Source: Bilabrum cf. latius (taxonomy: Eukaryota). From it: 64,000 nt of DNA. Every line of letters starts with the position of its first letter. Position 1 is the first letter of the stretch. Below the pieces are notes generated by a model, which searched no databases, had not been told where the DNA came from, and worked only from the letters and a program-made list of their open reading frames with translations. Where the stretch lies: NCBI GenBank assembly GCA_965178125.1, contig OZ237773.1, positions 124,001-188,000 of the forward strand, given 5' to 3'. The position numbers and the translations under genes are program-made. Below, one piece after another: positions 23,804 through 37,300 of this stretch.

Positions 23804-26800
23804 TCACATCACGCCCATGCCGGGCCCAACGCCCCCCGTCTCGCCGCCGGCAGGCCGTGGCTACGCTGAATCCACAGGCGTATCCCCAGAAGCACCGGAG
23901 GAATCAATTGCTGCGTGTCCAGCTGCTTCCGTGCTCGCACCACCGCTCGCAGCCTCCCTCGCTTCGAGCTCGGCGGACTGCCGGATCAGCGCCTCGCCCT
24001 TGCCCAGATCGGGACCGGCCGCGCCCTCCCGTCCTACTAGCTCCTCTTCTTGATCAGCATGACCCGCGCTCGACTAGGCAGTGACAGTGCTGCCGTGACC
24101 CTCAGGCGCTGGCACTGAAACGCTCGCACCTGCCCCAGCTGCAGTTGCGTGCGCCGCGTCCACTGAATCAAGAGGTGCGTCGCCGATATGGCGCTACTCG
24201 TCATCATTGTGTTGTTCCTCGGTGATGCATGCTCCAGAGCCAGAGCCAGCTGGCTCCGACACCAACGGCATTGTGCCAATGCCATTATCACTACCGGTGG
24301 TTGCAGGTTCGGATGCGCTTGCACCTCCGTTCGATGCACCCGCCACGAGTGACACGGCAGGAGTGACATCCGAACCAGCTGCCTATGCGCTCACGAGTGA
24401 CACAGCAGGAGTGCCATCCGAACCAGCTGCCTGTGCGCTTGCACCTCCGTTCGATGCACCCGCCACGAGTGACACGGCAGGAGTGCCATCCGAACCGGCT
24501 GCTGCAGGAGGGCTTGCAAGAACGCCTGACAAACTCGACGGACTGGCTGCAGCAGCGTGGTCACCGCTCCTGACCGCGGCCCCCCCGCTAACCTGGTCCT
24601 GAGACTGGCCCGGTAGAGCCGGCGGGGATACTACCGCAGGGCCTGGGGCAGATGCTGAAGGCTCTTGCTGCTCAGGCTGAGGCTGAGGTTGGGCCTGTGC
24701 TCCTGCCTGTGGCTGAGGCTGGGCCTGTGCTCCTGCCTGTGGCTGGGGCTGGGCCTGTGCTCCTGCCTGAGGCTGAGGCTGGGCCTGTGCTCCTGCCTGT
24801 GGCTGGGGCTGGGCCTGTGCTCCTGCCTGAGGCTGAGGCTGGGCCTGTGCTCCTGCCTGTGGCTGAGGCTGGGCCTGTGCTCCTGCCTGTGGCTGGGGCT
24901 GGGCCTGTGCTCCTGCCTGTGGCTGAGGCTGGGCCTGTGCTCCTGCCTGTGGCTGAGGCTGGGCCTGTGCTCCTGCCTGTGGCTGAGGCTGGGCCTGTGC
25001 TCCTGCCTGTGGCTGAGGCGGGACCGCCACCATGCCCATCCCGGGTGGTGGTGGGGGGGGCGTCACGCCGGAGTGTGCACCGTCATTGTGCTGCACACGT
25101 CTGTTGCGGCCCAGTCGATTGCCAGTCTGGGTACCAGCGGCAGCGTTGGACGACGGGTCTGCAGGGAGTCCGAATCGGAGCTGGGGCCGAGGCTGGGGCG
25201 GCACATGGTCTCCGCCGAGGTCGTGTGGTGGCTGGCTTGGAGGTGCTATCACTGGCGCTGCTGGCATATGGGATGCCGTTCCGTCCACCTGCACCTGCAC
25301 CTGTCCCTGCACCTGCCCCTGCACCAGGCCTCCACCCGATTGCGAGAAGGACGAAGCACCATTCGGGCCGATCGGTGTGGGCGTAGCGCGCGCGACCGAG
25401 CCTCCGGAGGCAGCCGAATCCGGCTGGCTGCCTGGTTGCTCTACTGGACCACCACGCTGGACACTCGTCACATTTGAAACACTCATCACACCTCGAATCA
25501 TCGGAGTGGTGTCGGATGGGACCCAAGGGAGGTCCCTAGCGCCCTGCCACGCCCCCGCGCCTCCCACCCCAAAGCATCTGAACGCCTCTCTCACCGCCAT
25601 GACCCCCCTCGCAACCTGCTCCTCGACGTCGTGCGACCCCAGGAACTGCCTCCTCACCTGCCTGTCCCACATGGTCGCCTCTTTCTTCATGAGCGGCTTC
25701 ACCCTGCCCAGCATGCCCTCTTCCTCCCAGCCGTACAGCGACCTGGTCCCAGCCGAGGGAGGCCTCAGCACCGCATCCGGGCCTGCGTTGGCGATGGCTT
25801 TGTTGGCCTCGCCAGGACCTGCGAGGCCGCTCGCGCCGATGGAGGGACCGAACGGCACGTGTTCGCCCACGCAGCCCATGGACATCCTGTTGGCCAGCTT
25901 CTTGTTGTCTCGGTCCGTCGCGATCTGCTCCCCTGGGATATCGCCCCGCTCGCGCCTGGTGGGAATGACAGCCTGGCCCGCAGCATGAATCACTGCATTG
26001 CGGGCCGCTGCCTCGATCTCAGAGTGCTTGCCGGCCTGCGGAGCATCAGGTCCTCCAGCACCGCTGGCTGGACCGACGGGTGCACTACCGTGCAGTGCAG
26101 GCGGCGCGGGCGGCAAGTCCGTTTCCGCTTTGTCGAGGAGGTCAGCCTCCACCGCCACCATGCTGGGGGGCAGGCTACCTTGGATCGCGTCAGCTCCGTT
26201 CAGGTAAGCCCTCTGGTCCTGCACCCAGGACTGCATGGCACTTGCAGCGGCGGGGTGTGCGGCATCAGATGCTGCAGCACCGCTTGCAGGCACACCTGGG
26301 AATGACCCGACGTTCTCAGGGCCGTAGAGCGCGCACAGCAACGCGCTGATGGCCTCATGCTGGGGCATGCGCCGGCTAGGCTCCGACTGCAGCAGCCCAC
26401 GAAGGATCGCCTCCAGTGCGGGCGGGCACGACGATGCATCAGGCAGCCGCGGGATCTCTGCGTCAGAGTAGAAGCCGCGATCGGCAGCGCTTGGCAGCTG
26501 ACCCACACTGGCTCCCCTGGCCTGGGCTTGTTTCGCGAACATCTGCCAGATCATGCGGCCCGCGGCCCACGCATCCGAGCACGCAAACAGCTGGCCCAGG
26601 TACCTCACCGGCTCGCCCCTCGGATCCCTGACTGCATGCACCCCCTTGTCTACCGCGACTCTGACCTCTGGTGCTGCCGCTCCCATGCCGCCGAATTTCC
26701 ATGAAGGGTCATCGTCAAGCGTGGCGGGCTTTGCGCCGCGCCCGCAGCCCACGAATAGAATAGGATCAGCACCAGTGCTACCGTCCATATCATCGTCAGG

Positions 26801-29800
26801 CACAATGAATGTAGCGTGCACGTCAATCGGACCCTCATCAGATCCCATTTTGCCCGCCGGTCCCGCAGCGCCGAGCGCTGCGTGGTGCGAGCTTGCCTCC
26901 ATCGCAGTCTCCATGGAAACAACCTTCGCCGCGACATGCTCTGCAGTGGTTCCGGGTCTAGGAACCCCGTCCGCTGCGTCCTCTCTCTGCTCAACGGATA
27001 CATACTCCCTGTTCCAGCTCGCGACCATCTCGTCCACGGAGCGCCGCAATCCACCCTTGTACAGGAAGCTGGCTTCCCCCCAGTCGCCCAGCACGGCCCG
27101 TCCGTCCGCCGACATAAAGACGTTGTCGGACTTGACGTCACGGTGCACGACCCCCCGGGACCGGGCGTGCTCCAGTCCCTGCAGCACCTGCAGCAGCCAC
27201 AGCGCCGCCTGTCTCCCCGTGAATCCCTGCCGGCTGCCTGTCGTGAGCGAAGCTGTCACTGCCCCCTCCAGCGTGGTGGGGAACCGCTCCATCAGAGTCC
27301 AGGTGGTGCATCTGCTGTTGATGATATCGTTGAGCCAAGGCAGCATCAGCTGCGTGGAGCCCAGCCAGGCGTGGTGCACGGTCAGCACGTTTGGGTGTCC
27401 GTGCAGGACCACGTGTCCTCGGGAGTCGCGTCTGTCGCCGATCACGAACGGATAGATCGCATCGTTGTGCTGGGAATCAGCCCCGGGATACGCTCCCTTT
27501 AGTGCACCCTGCCAGCCGAACGGCCACACAGATCGGGCGGGTCCATCAGATCCATAGACGTCACCCATAGGCTGCGACTCAACGGCTAGCACCAGGCCGT
27601 TGCTCCCTTGGCCTTCCGGCGCTGCCGTCGAGCCAGTGGCAGCAGACGCCGACCCATCCCAGTAGATGGGTCTGGCTCGCGTGTGCTGGTGAAACGCAAG
27701 GTGTGCCGGATCCCCACCGTGCCTCTTTGAGACACCGCCGTTCACGAGATTTAGGATAGACCCAGAACCGGGACAGCCGGACGGTACTGCGATCTGCTCG
27801 ATGATGTTGGGCTCTGCTACGGACCTGATATCGAGCATTCCATACGGCTCCCCGGGCCTCGGTGCCAGTCTCCTCAGTCTCGGGTGGTGAGACATCATGT
27901 TGCCGCGGATGCGACGCATGGGCGCGCCTCGCACCCTGACCGCGAGGAGGACCCGCTTGGCCCGCGCGTTGATGACCTCGGCCGGGTCCGTACCCACCCG
28001 TGCCATCTCTTTCGCGTTCTCGGCGTCTCGAGTCAGCGACGCGCTCGCTGCCAGCTTGAGACCGGCCTGCAGCAGCACGCGCCGCTCGCGGGAGATCGCT
28101 TGCATCTCGCTCATCGTCTGCTGCAACATGCCGCGGAGACGCTCTGCTTCTGCGATCGCTTCTTGCCCTTTCTGCTCCGTGATTCGCTGCACGTACTGAG
28201 AGGCCTCCATGGCGACCGCAAGGCAGGCCTGGTTCTGCTGCACGGCTGCATTTGCCGTGAGCTTGGACGCCTCCTGCGCCACCTGGTCTCGGTCGAGGTG
28301 TTCCCTGGACATCTCGTAGGCCCCCTTGGGCAGGTTGTCCACGTCGCAGTCCCTGATGATGAGGTACATGCAGAGCTGGGGGAAGCTGGCGCCCACCGTC
28401 ATGGCGTTCTTGAACGCAGCCATGGAGGCATCCCCAGGGATCGCCTCGGCTGGGGTAGTGCCGTCGTTTGCTTTGATGACCGGATCGGCACCGGCTTGCA
28501 GCAGCAGGAAGGCAGTAGCGACGTGCCCGTTGGCACAGGCGTGGTGAAGGGCCGTCTGTCCGTCCTGCGGTGACAAAATGGACGGGTGTAAGCAACCTCG
28601 GATCGGATGGTCGTTAGAATCCGTGGCAAGAGAAGGGCACTACACCCAGACGCAGGTTTGGCTGCAGGCATAACGCCTGGACAAACTAATGATGGTTGCT
28701 ACTCACAGCATCAACTCCATTTACTTGCGTGCCTGGAAATTCCGCAAGATACTTCGCTACAGCCGCGTTGCCACAGTGAGCGGCCGAGTGCAGGGGCGTG
28801 CTTCTAGATTCCTGCGACATGTGGATCCTACCCAAGATGCACAAGACCGGGTCGATTTCGGCGACTCTAAATAGTTGTGACTGAACGGTGTGCTTTTGAA
28901 ATTAAAATGGTCCTCACAAACTCTTGTGCGGCGACGCTAGCGCCCTCGCCAGTCAGGTAGACCACCACTTCAAGGAAGCCACCGAAAGCGGCCCAGTGCA
29001 GGGCTGTCGCGCCAGACTGCGCATGCATACAAAACACTAGAAGAATATCATTGACAGTGTGTGGCAACTAACACGCCCCGTATCCTACAGGATGCTGCGC
29101 TCAAGCACTGGCAAAACATCGGGACTGTCCCTGACCACCTGAGCACAACCAGCCAAGGTTTATACTAGATTGTATTATTGCACGAGATCTTTCTGGGAAT
29201 ATGGTCATATATCTCATACCAAGTTCTACAACTGATCTTACGGGAGCCTATGCGTCCACCATTGTTTCTGGCGATTGCAAAATTCGTGCGACGGCGTTCT
29301 TGTGGCCGTATGCGGCCGCGTAATGCAGCGGCAGCGCACCCGCCTGCGAGTTGGACTCATACATATAATATCGGTGCATAATGACAGTACAACATGACGG
29401 CAGGGGACTCGAAACATGCTGGGCTACACAAATGATTCTCTCACTAGATCAGCTACCCGAGGGCTCGCCCCTGCCTTCAAAAGCATGTCACAGCAAGCCT
29501 CTACACCTTGAGTGGCAGCTAGTGCAAGTGCTGTCCTGCCTTGCTGCGAACGCCAGTAAGTCATTATGTTGCTCGTAAATCGTATTCGGATGTGCGCAGC
29601 AAGACAGACCGAATAAGAACCAGAATTCCGGCCTGGGTACTAAAATCACTTACAGGATCCTTCGCATCGATTCCATGTAGTATCTATATATCTGTCAATA
29701 CTACTTGCAGCGCCTCTGGGTGTATCGCAGCTTGATGCAGCCTCTATGCTGGAGAAAGGTCCCTGCACGGAATCAATAAAGGAGCAATGCCCGATCCATC

Positions 29801-29861
29801 TGTTGCATGTGTGCAAGCTGAATGCATGTCCAGTATACGATCTTTGAGATTGTTCTCACAT
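23804..29861 (-). CDS. Ankyrin-repeat, coiled-coil, PINK1-like Ser/Thr kinase with a long low-complexity tail
   Basis: Small exons encode ankyrin repeats (LHQAA, GRTALALAA, ALPLHYAA, GATALHWAA, STPLHSAA, then GQTALHHAC at the start of the large exon). Kinase motifs HPNVL, LMERFPTTL, LLQVLQGLEH, HRDVKSDN, GDWG, AAPEV, SDAWAAG. Continues through 4 TAGs past 24383 to TGA 23804. The predicted ATG is split by an intron (29763-29859). Confidence 0.85.
24677..25017 (-). repeat. Coding 30-bp minisatellite, ~11 copies, encoding QPQAGAQAQP
   Basis: gggcctgtgctcctgcctgtggctgaggct tandemly repeated inside the kinase gene. An additional ~120-bp tandem duplication lies at 24313-24500. Confidence 0.95.
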
Positions 29862-30020
29862 GAATAGCGGGGTCAATCCCGGATGAATACGAGACTAACT
29901 GCTGAGAATGGATACGGAAATGGCCTTGTCCACCCGAGCTTCAGCACGCTACAAACATGTTTTATATCACACATTATCAAGAAGGCAGGGAGTGCTGTTT
30001 GTTAACAATCTGCTGGTGTC

Positions 30021-30969
30021 ATGGCTTCAATCGGGAGTAAGGCAGCGACTAGAGTGTCCTGGTATGCTGGGTCCAAAATAATAGCGGTGGGGTCATGCAA
30101 ATCCTTGCGCTGATCCCGTTTGTCTTGCTGCAACGAATGATGATTGCAATTTCAGGTCCTTCGTGCTCATGTTGCTTCGATGATTGCAGATTGGGCGCAA
30201 TTTCGCGAAACACGCCCTAGAAATGGGTCACGATGGCGCTAAACCTGCTGCTCCATTCTATTTCTTTAAGCCGAACAGTAGGTACGAATGCAGTCGTAAA
30301 TGTAGCGGTGCAAGGTGACTGGCCTATGTAATGATCTTGTACTTGGAAGTGTGTGCATTTTGATCATATTGCAGTGTAACGTATCCTCCTGGACCCATAG
30401 TCAAGCCCACCGATTTAGGCTCGCTGCACCACGAGGTCGAACTAGGCGTTGTGATCGGGAAGCGAGCAAAGGGTGCCAAGAGCGAAGACTGGGCCAACTA
30501 CGTGAGCGGCTACTGCCTTGCTTTAGATATGACAGCCAGGGATGCCTAGGCAGCGGCAAAGGAGAAGGGGCGCCCCTGGTCCCTGTCCAAGGGGCTGGAC
30601 ACCTACTGCCCTTTGGGAGCTCTGCTGCCTGCCCGCCCGGACGGCTCGGTTGCAACCGGGGAAGGGGCGACCGATTCGGTAGACCCACATGCGCTGCGCG
30701 TGCGCCTGGCGGTGGACGGCGCCGTGAAGCAGGACGGAAGCACCTCATTGATGCTGCACCAGATCCCTTCCCTGATCGAGCACGTCAGCAAGTACGTCAC
30801 ACTAGAGCCCGGTGACGTGATTTTGACAGGCACGCCCGAAGGCGTGGGACCTGTGGAGGCCGGCTAGACGATCACCGCAACTCTGCTTGTGGACGGGGTC
30901 GGGGATGATGAGGGGAGCACCGAGCAAGTGCTCGACGAGTTTAGCATCCCGGTGGTAAGCTCTGTCTGA
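30021..30969 (+). CDS. FAHD1: Fumarylacetoacetate hydrolase domain protein (acylpyruvase/oxaloacetate decarboxylase)
   Basis: Three exons give KIIAIGRNFAKHALEMG...FFKPNSS...LHHEVELGVVIG...LDMTARDA*AAAKEKGRPWSLSKGLDT...GDVILTGTPEGVGPVEAG*TI. The first TAG occupies the conserved Gln of DxTARDxQ. TGA at 30967-30969. Confidence 0.93.
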
Positions 30970-31372
30970 TGCCGGCAAGGCGGAGGAGTCGTGATGATAA
31001 TGATGATATCGATGCTTGAAAAAATGTATATTCTGCTTGTGGTTTGTGCAGTGTGTCCCTGAGTAGCATCGCACTGTGCAGGAGCTGCTGCAGCTGCATG
31101 CCTCGCGGTCCACCCATGGTTTCGTACGATAGGCTTGTCGCTCGTGCACTCAAGACATCAAATATGCCAGCGGCTGCTGCTTACATGGGCGTGTTGATGC
31201 CTGTCACGGATCGCATAGCCTCCAATATCCAGGCTGTTCTGTTCGTTGGGGAAATTGGGAATGTACTCCTCGGGGCGGGCGGTCTTCGTCTTCACATTTG
31301 GCTACTGGACAAAATTCGTTCCGTGGCAGCACGTTGGGAAAACACATTCTGGGCAAGCTGAGAATAGATTCA

Positions 31373-34300
31373 ATGGCCAGTACGCCGACAGAAGAACCTA
31401 GTACGGGTAAAGGATCCATAGATTCAAGCATTGAAGATCAATCAGCGACCGGCGGAGCAGAACCTATTGGTCCATGCGCTGCCTACCAGATCCCCGCCGT
31501 TTGTAGGGTACTCGAGGAGGCTCGGCGGATTACCATCGAGGCTACGACGCTGGAGCGTCACAAATTCGTCAAACAAGTGCTTGCGACTTCCAGCAAGCCG
31601 AACGACGGGAGGCTCCTCCGTGGGGATGGCACCACGACAGCGACGTTCAAAATGGCGTGCGCACATGATTCCGGCGCTGCTTCCGCGGCTGAAGAGCACC
31701 CGAGCGAGGCTGTAGTGAGTATTACATTTAATTTAGACGACATGACTTCAAGGCGAGCCCCGATCCCGAGCCAGCGCTAGTACGAGGTGCTGCGAAAGCT
31801 GCCGGCTCATCGGAACGTCGGTCGGCTGCTGTTCGAATGCGTGGCGCAACCCCCGACCTGGATGGTGCATGTGCTTCGCGATCCAACCGCGGCATGTGTT
31901 CCTAGCATGGATGCAGACCCTCATGCACCGTTGGTGCCCAGGAAGGCGCACATCGTGGGGACGGAGTCATTCCCCCGCAGCATGGCTGACCACCTTCTGG
32001 TCCTGGAGCGAGGAGAGGAGGGGTCGATCTCGGAGGAAGCGCTAGCTGTATTTGCGCTTGACATCGCGGCGGGTGTGCATCACCTGCAACGAAACGGCAT
32101 CGTGCACCGTGACCTGAAGCTGGACAACGTGATGTGGGACTCGAAGGGGGGTCCGGAGGGCGTGGGTCGGGCGGTGCTCGTCAGTCTCGAGCACTGCCTT
32201 TCAATCGCATCGCAACAATTTCCGACCAAAGACAAGCCATCGCCAGATGATCCACAGCCAACTGCTGCATCTGCCGCTTCAGGGGAAGACCCGATAGCCC
32301 TCGATTCAGCCGCAGATGGCGGGAGAGTTGGGCCGCCGGCCGACTTCACCAAAGCAGTGCTTGACGCGATGACCTATGGAGGGCTGTGCAGGAGTGGTGA
32401 CGAGCTCGGCGGCAATCAGGCCCACTTGGCCCCCGAGGTCTTGGATGGGTGGAGCACTGGGCTGTCTGGTGATGATGCAGCTGCTGTACCGTTCGGAAAG
32501 CAGGCGTCATGGGAGCTGGGCGTGCTGCTGCACGAGCTGGCCACGGGAGGGCAGCACCCGTTCGGGCCCGACTACCCGATCAAGCTGCACGATGGGACAG
32601 ACATCTCACCTGGCAGGCTACAAGGAATACTGAACGAGCAGGACCCGCTGAGGCTGCACGCAGATATGCTGGTCAAGAGGCCCACGTGGTTCAAGACAAT
32701 TCTCCGCGGCCTGCTTCAGGCCGACCCGGCACAGCGCCTGCCACTCGACAAAGCTCTTCGTATGTTGCGCGCGGCCACAGCCGCAACGCTGTTCGACGTG
32801 TCGAAGGGGCGGGTGCATGGCACTGTAAGTGCGATGCTGCGGCCGCTTGCGCCAGCACTCAGGGAACCGGGGCCCGCGTGCGACGATGCGGTGAACCAGC
32901 TGAATGACGTGCTGTGGGGCGTGAAGGAGACGGGAGACCATGTGGGTCTGATGCAGCTGATGCGGGTCATTCGCTTGGACACTGGAGCCAGTTGTCCTAG
33001 CGAGCTCCCCGATGAAGTTGATGAAGTTCTTACTGGAGCTCGAAGCGAACTGCAAGCCATTTTGGCCGAACCCAGCAACAAGCACAAGTTGACAAGCACA
33101 GTGTGGGCACTGACGGACGACTCCACACCACCTGGCAGGGAATGCGCAGCTTTGGGACTATGGCAGGTAGCCTGGGTTAGCACGAGTAGTAGCTAGCTAG
33201 TGGCTGGGGCTGGGGCAGTTCCAGGACTCGTGAAGCTGCTTGCGTCGGATTGCGCGAGAGAAGCCGAATGCGCCTGTTTCGCCATGTTCAATATGAGTGG
33301 CAGAACGAACGAGCTGCGACTGAACCTTGTAGACAATGGTGCTGTGCCCCTACTTGCTAACAGGGTGTATTCTGAGCAGGGCAAGACCGGGTAGATTGCG
33401 ATGGGTGCCATTCGGCGCATAGTATCCGGCTCTGGTGCCGTCCTACTCGCGACCGTGAACTCGGGCTCGTTGTCGAAGCTCGTGGAGCAAGTGTCTAGTA
33501 GTAATGACACCGATCTGCAAAGAGTGCGAGGTTCAATACGCACGCTAGTCATGTTCGTAAGTAAGGCGCGCTCCTGCAAGGCATCCGTTCGCGCGAGGCT
33601 CCAGGACGCAATCATCAAGTCTGGTGCCATACCTGCTCTGGTTGGTGCGGTTCAGAGGCATGCCGCTCATGCGGCGCCAGATGCGATTGACGCGCTTGAC
33701 TAGATGTTGCTGCTGTGCAATGAGCGTGCCGATTTGCCTCATCAACTCAATGCCTGCAATGCTGTTGCCGAGCTTGTCAGGCTGCTCGGCTAGATCGAGT
33801 GCGTTGGCTTCATGCCCCAGGTGGCAGGGCTACTGGTCCAGCTATCGTCGATATGTGACGATGTGTGGCCACATGTGTTGAAGGAAGGTGCCATCGCAAG
33901 AATCACGAGCTACATGCAGCCCGATGCGGATGAGGGCGATGATCCGGCCGCAGATGATGGGTCTGCTGAGGAGGAAATGACAACGCAGGAGTTTGTGGCA
34001 GCGACACTTGCTGAGTTAGTGAGAGGGTCTGAGGAGATCAAACAAGCTATCATTGATGCAGACGCAGTCAAAGGGCTCTGCGATGTGCTAAAGTCGTCCT
34101 ACGAGGAGGCCGCGCTGTCGGCAGCCGAAGCGGTCTGTGAGCTCGCTGGGACCTCGGAGGAAACGTGCAGTGCAGTTGCCGACCAGGGTGCATTCGAGGC
34201 TATCTCGAGCCGGCTCAAGTCTAGAATCGCCGAAGATCAGACGATTGCTGCAGAACTCGTAGAAGCAGTCCTTGGTAGCCACTGCGCCGCGCCACGAGTT

Positions 34301-37300
34301 GCACTTGAGTCGGCTGGGATCCTGCCTGCACTCGTGGTCATGCTGAATTCAGGTGATCCCAAGGTAGCTCGCTGCGCAGCCAAGGCCGTTGCCGAAATAG
34401 CTGTTTGTATCGATGAGGACGAGCCAAGTACTGGGATTGCATCTGCTGGTGCCGTGCCTCGGTTGCTCATGCTGCTCGCTTCCGATGACCCAGACTGTGC
34501 TGCAGCAGCCGGCTTAACCCTCGCGCGTATGGCTGCCGGATCAGAGGGCGATCGCAAAGCGATGAACAAGGCGGGCGTGCTGCAGAAATGCGTGGAACTT
34601 CTCTCGTTGGAGCCTCCTTCACCAGTGCAAGATCACGCTTTGGACTGCCTCGCATAGTACGCAGAGGCATCTGGTGAGTGGCGGCAATCGCTCGTCGATG
34701 CTGGTGTGCTAACTGCATTGATCCCGGTATGCAAGTCTGACGGCAATCGCAGGCATGCAATTCGGGCTATTCGGCTTTTGGGCAGCTCCTGCCATGGGCC
34801 AGCCAGCCTTGTTGATGCTGCCAAGCAAGCCGGCATGTTTACGCTTCTTGCCGAGCTCATTTCAAATGCACCTGCGTTCGCTGCAGCTAGCGCTGCCAGG
34901 TCTGTGTGGCAGCTTACCAGCTATCGGAATTCAATGGCTGCAATTGTGGAAGCAGGCATATTGCAGGCGGCAGCCAAGCGACTGCCGAGCGTTAAGACAG
35001 ACCGCATGTACTTGTTTGCCATGCCTGTGTTCATTCTCGCAAGGGAGCGGGAAGAGCTGGCAAAAGAGGCGGATGAGCTCGGTGCATTTAGTGCCCTCAA
35101 ATCTATGTTGGAGTCTAGCAATAATAGGGATGTTTCGTTGGCTATCCGAACGTGTTTGGCAGCGGATACGCGCATGGTGTGCTATGCGGTGGCCGCGGGA
35201 GTACTGCCCCAGCTAGTCTTCCTGCTTGCGTCTGACCACGAGGACAGGTCAAACCAGGCCGCCCGAGCGCTTGCACATACCGCACAAGCGTCAGATGAGA
35301 TGTGCTAGGCTGTAGTCGATTCATGTGCCACGAACAGGTTAGTTGATTTGATCGGATTGGAATCGACAGATGAGAAGCTGAGGGGCTTGGACGGCCTTGG
35401 CGTGCTCGCAAAAGCGGGGGATCCTCTGCGGAATGCTGCGGTGGAGGCGGGCGCGCTGGATGCAATCGTCCCACTGATATCGTCCGAGGAGCCCACTCTT
35501 GCATGTGCTGCAGCCAAGACGACTGGTCTTATTGCGGAGGGCGCATCAGACCTGAAGCAAGCCGTTGCTGACGCCGGTGCAATGGAGCCGCTGGTAAACC
35601 TTCTCCGTGCAGGAGCCACAGCGGACCATGGCACAGCCAGCTCCGCCCAGAAAGCAGCTTTCGCACTGTGTGCCATCAGCGAAGGCCATGATGCCAATAC
35701 GGCGGCCATAGTGAAGTCGGGCGTGATTAAGACGCTGGTGGCCATGCTGGACCCGCATCACCTGGATGGCGTCCGTGTCGCGACCGATTTTCTCGAGGCA
35801 TTCGCAGAGCCAGGGACGGTGCACAGCGATGTTCTAAAGTTGGTTAAGTCTGAACTATTTGATACAGACCTCTTCGATCGCGTCCAGCGCCTTCTAACAT
35901 CAGACGATCTGGATATGGGTATCGTTTTGTCTGTCCTGACAATGACCAAGAGTGTGCTGGTTCAGGCGTTTGGAGGTGCAGTGTCTGCCATCGTGAAGAC
36001 AGGGCTGGTGCGCACGCTACTCGAGCTCGTGAATGCAAGCGATACTAGTGTTGCTGGCGTGGCAGCACGGCTGTTTTGTTCGGTTGTGCAGCTGTCACCT
36101 GTCACGTCATAGGGAGCTGGCCTTCTGAACCGGTTGTTGGAGTAGCTCGGGAGCTTGGAGCCCCTGTTCGAGTCGATCCAGAGCGACGAGCCCAGCCTAT
36201 CAGTGCCAAGTGTGAAGGCAGTCCAAGCCCTGATCGAGCACTACCCCGATGCGAGCGGCGCCCATACATTTTGCTTGACTTCGAAGCAGTTGGCAGGCGT
36301 GGTAAGCTTGGTGCCCGGAGGTGCAGCACAGCGGATTGAAGCCGTTCTGGAGCTGCTCCGCGCCGTTCTAAACAGCAAGCAGTCGTTTCCAGAGAAGGAA
36401 CTCGTCGACGCAGGGGCTGTGCTTGCATGCGTTGACCTGCTTGCGCCGAACAAAGGCAAGCAAGGACAATTGTCCGCATATATACTGTCACGGATAGCAG
36501 ATTCATGCGATGATCTCGCACACCATGTGCACGAAGCAGGTGCGGGCGAAGCCTTGGTGGGGCTTCTAGTCGAGTCTGATGCAAGCTCGCAGCAACACGT
36601 GATAGCAGCGATCGGTAGCCTGTGCAAGAATAGCGAACCCAGCGTAGGCGAAGTCGTGGGTGCCGGCGCCATTCGTGCACTGGCAAGGGCTTTGCAATCC
36701 AAGGACGGCAGTATCCGAGAGCAGGCGGCACGTGCACTGTACCACATGTCCCGTAGGTCTACCGCAGTCATGGGACAGGTATCTGAGTCAGGTGCATTAG
36801 CAAGCCTTGTCGAGATTGTCCCCTCTGATCACGGAATCGAGGCGTGGCACGCCATGCGGGTGCTACGATCCGCATGCCGGGTCCCACAGCTTGCTCTTGC
36901 TGTGTCTCGATTGGGCGGTGTCAAGGCCTCGATTTAGCTTCTTCAAACTCATGACCGAGGACTGGTCGAGCTGGCAGCGCAGCTGCTTGGATGCGTTGGT
37001 CGCTAGAACGAACAGCTTCACTAGACGCTGCTGCTCGGCGGTGCCGTGGTTTAGCTTGGGGCCCTGCTTGATTCGTGTGACTTAGAGTCATCCGATGAGG
37101 CTGAGGCTAGCATGGTGGAACACGCAACCGGTGCGATCCTCGGCATGTCAGATGGCACGCTATGCATGCAAAATGCTCTGTGCGGAGACGGGCTCTCAGC
37201 GAAGCTCGTCGCGCTTGTCAATTCGCTTTGCTCCAATGAACACCGGCTCATTGTAGACGAGTATCAAGCGGCGATCCATAACTCGCTTGGGGTACTGGCG

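Noticed and set aside
24652-25477. Plus-strand repetitive ORFs (LRLGLCSCLW and GPVLLPVAEA)
   Set aside because: Antisense shadows of the coding 30-bp minisatellite.
30540-30870. TAG as pyrrolysine, Glu or Leu, or a recoded phage genome
   Set aside because: Conserved positions and the CAG/TAG swap point to Gln; spliceosomal introns, C2H2/ARM genes and LINEs show a eukaryotic nucleus. One site (VDR*QL, ~7925) would also fit Glu but is outweighed.
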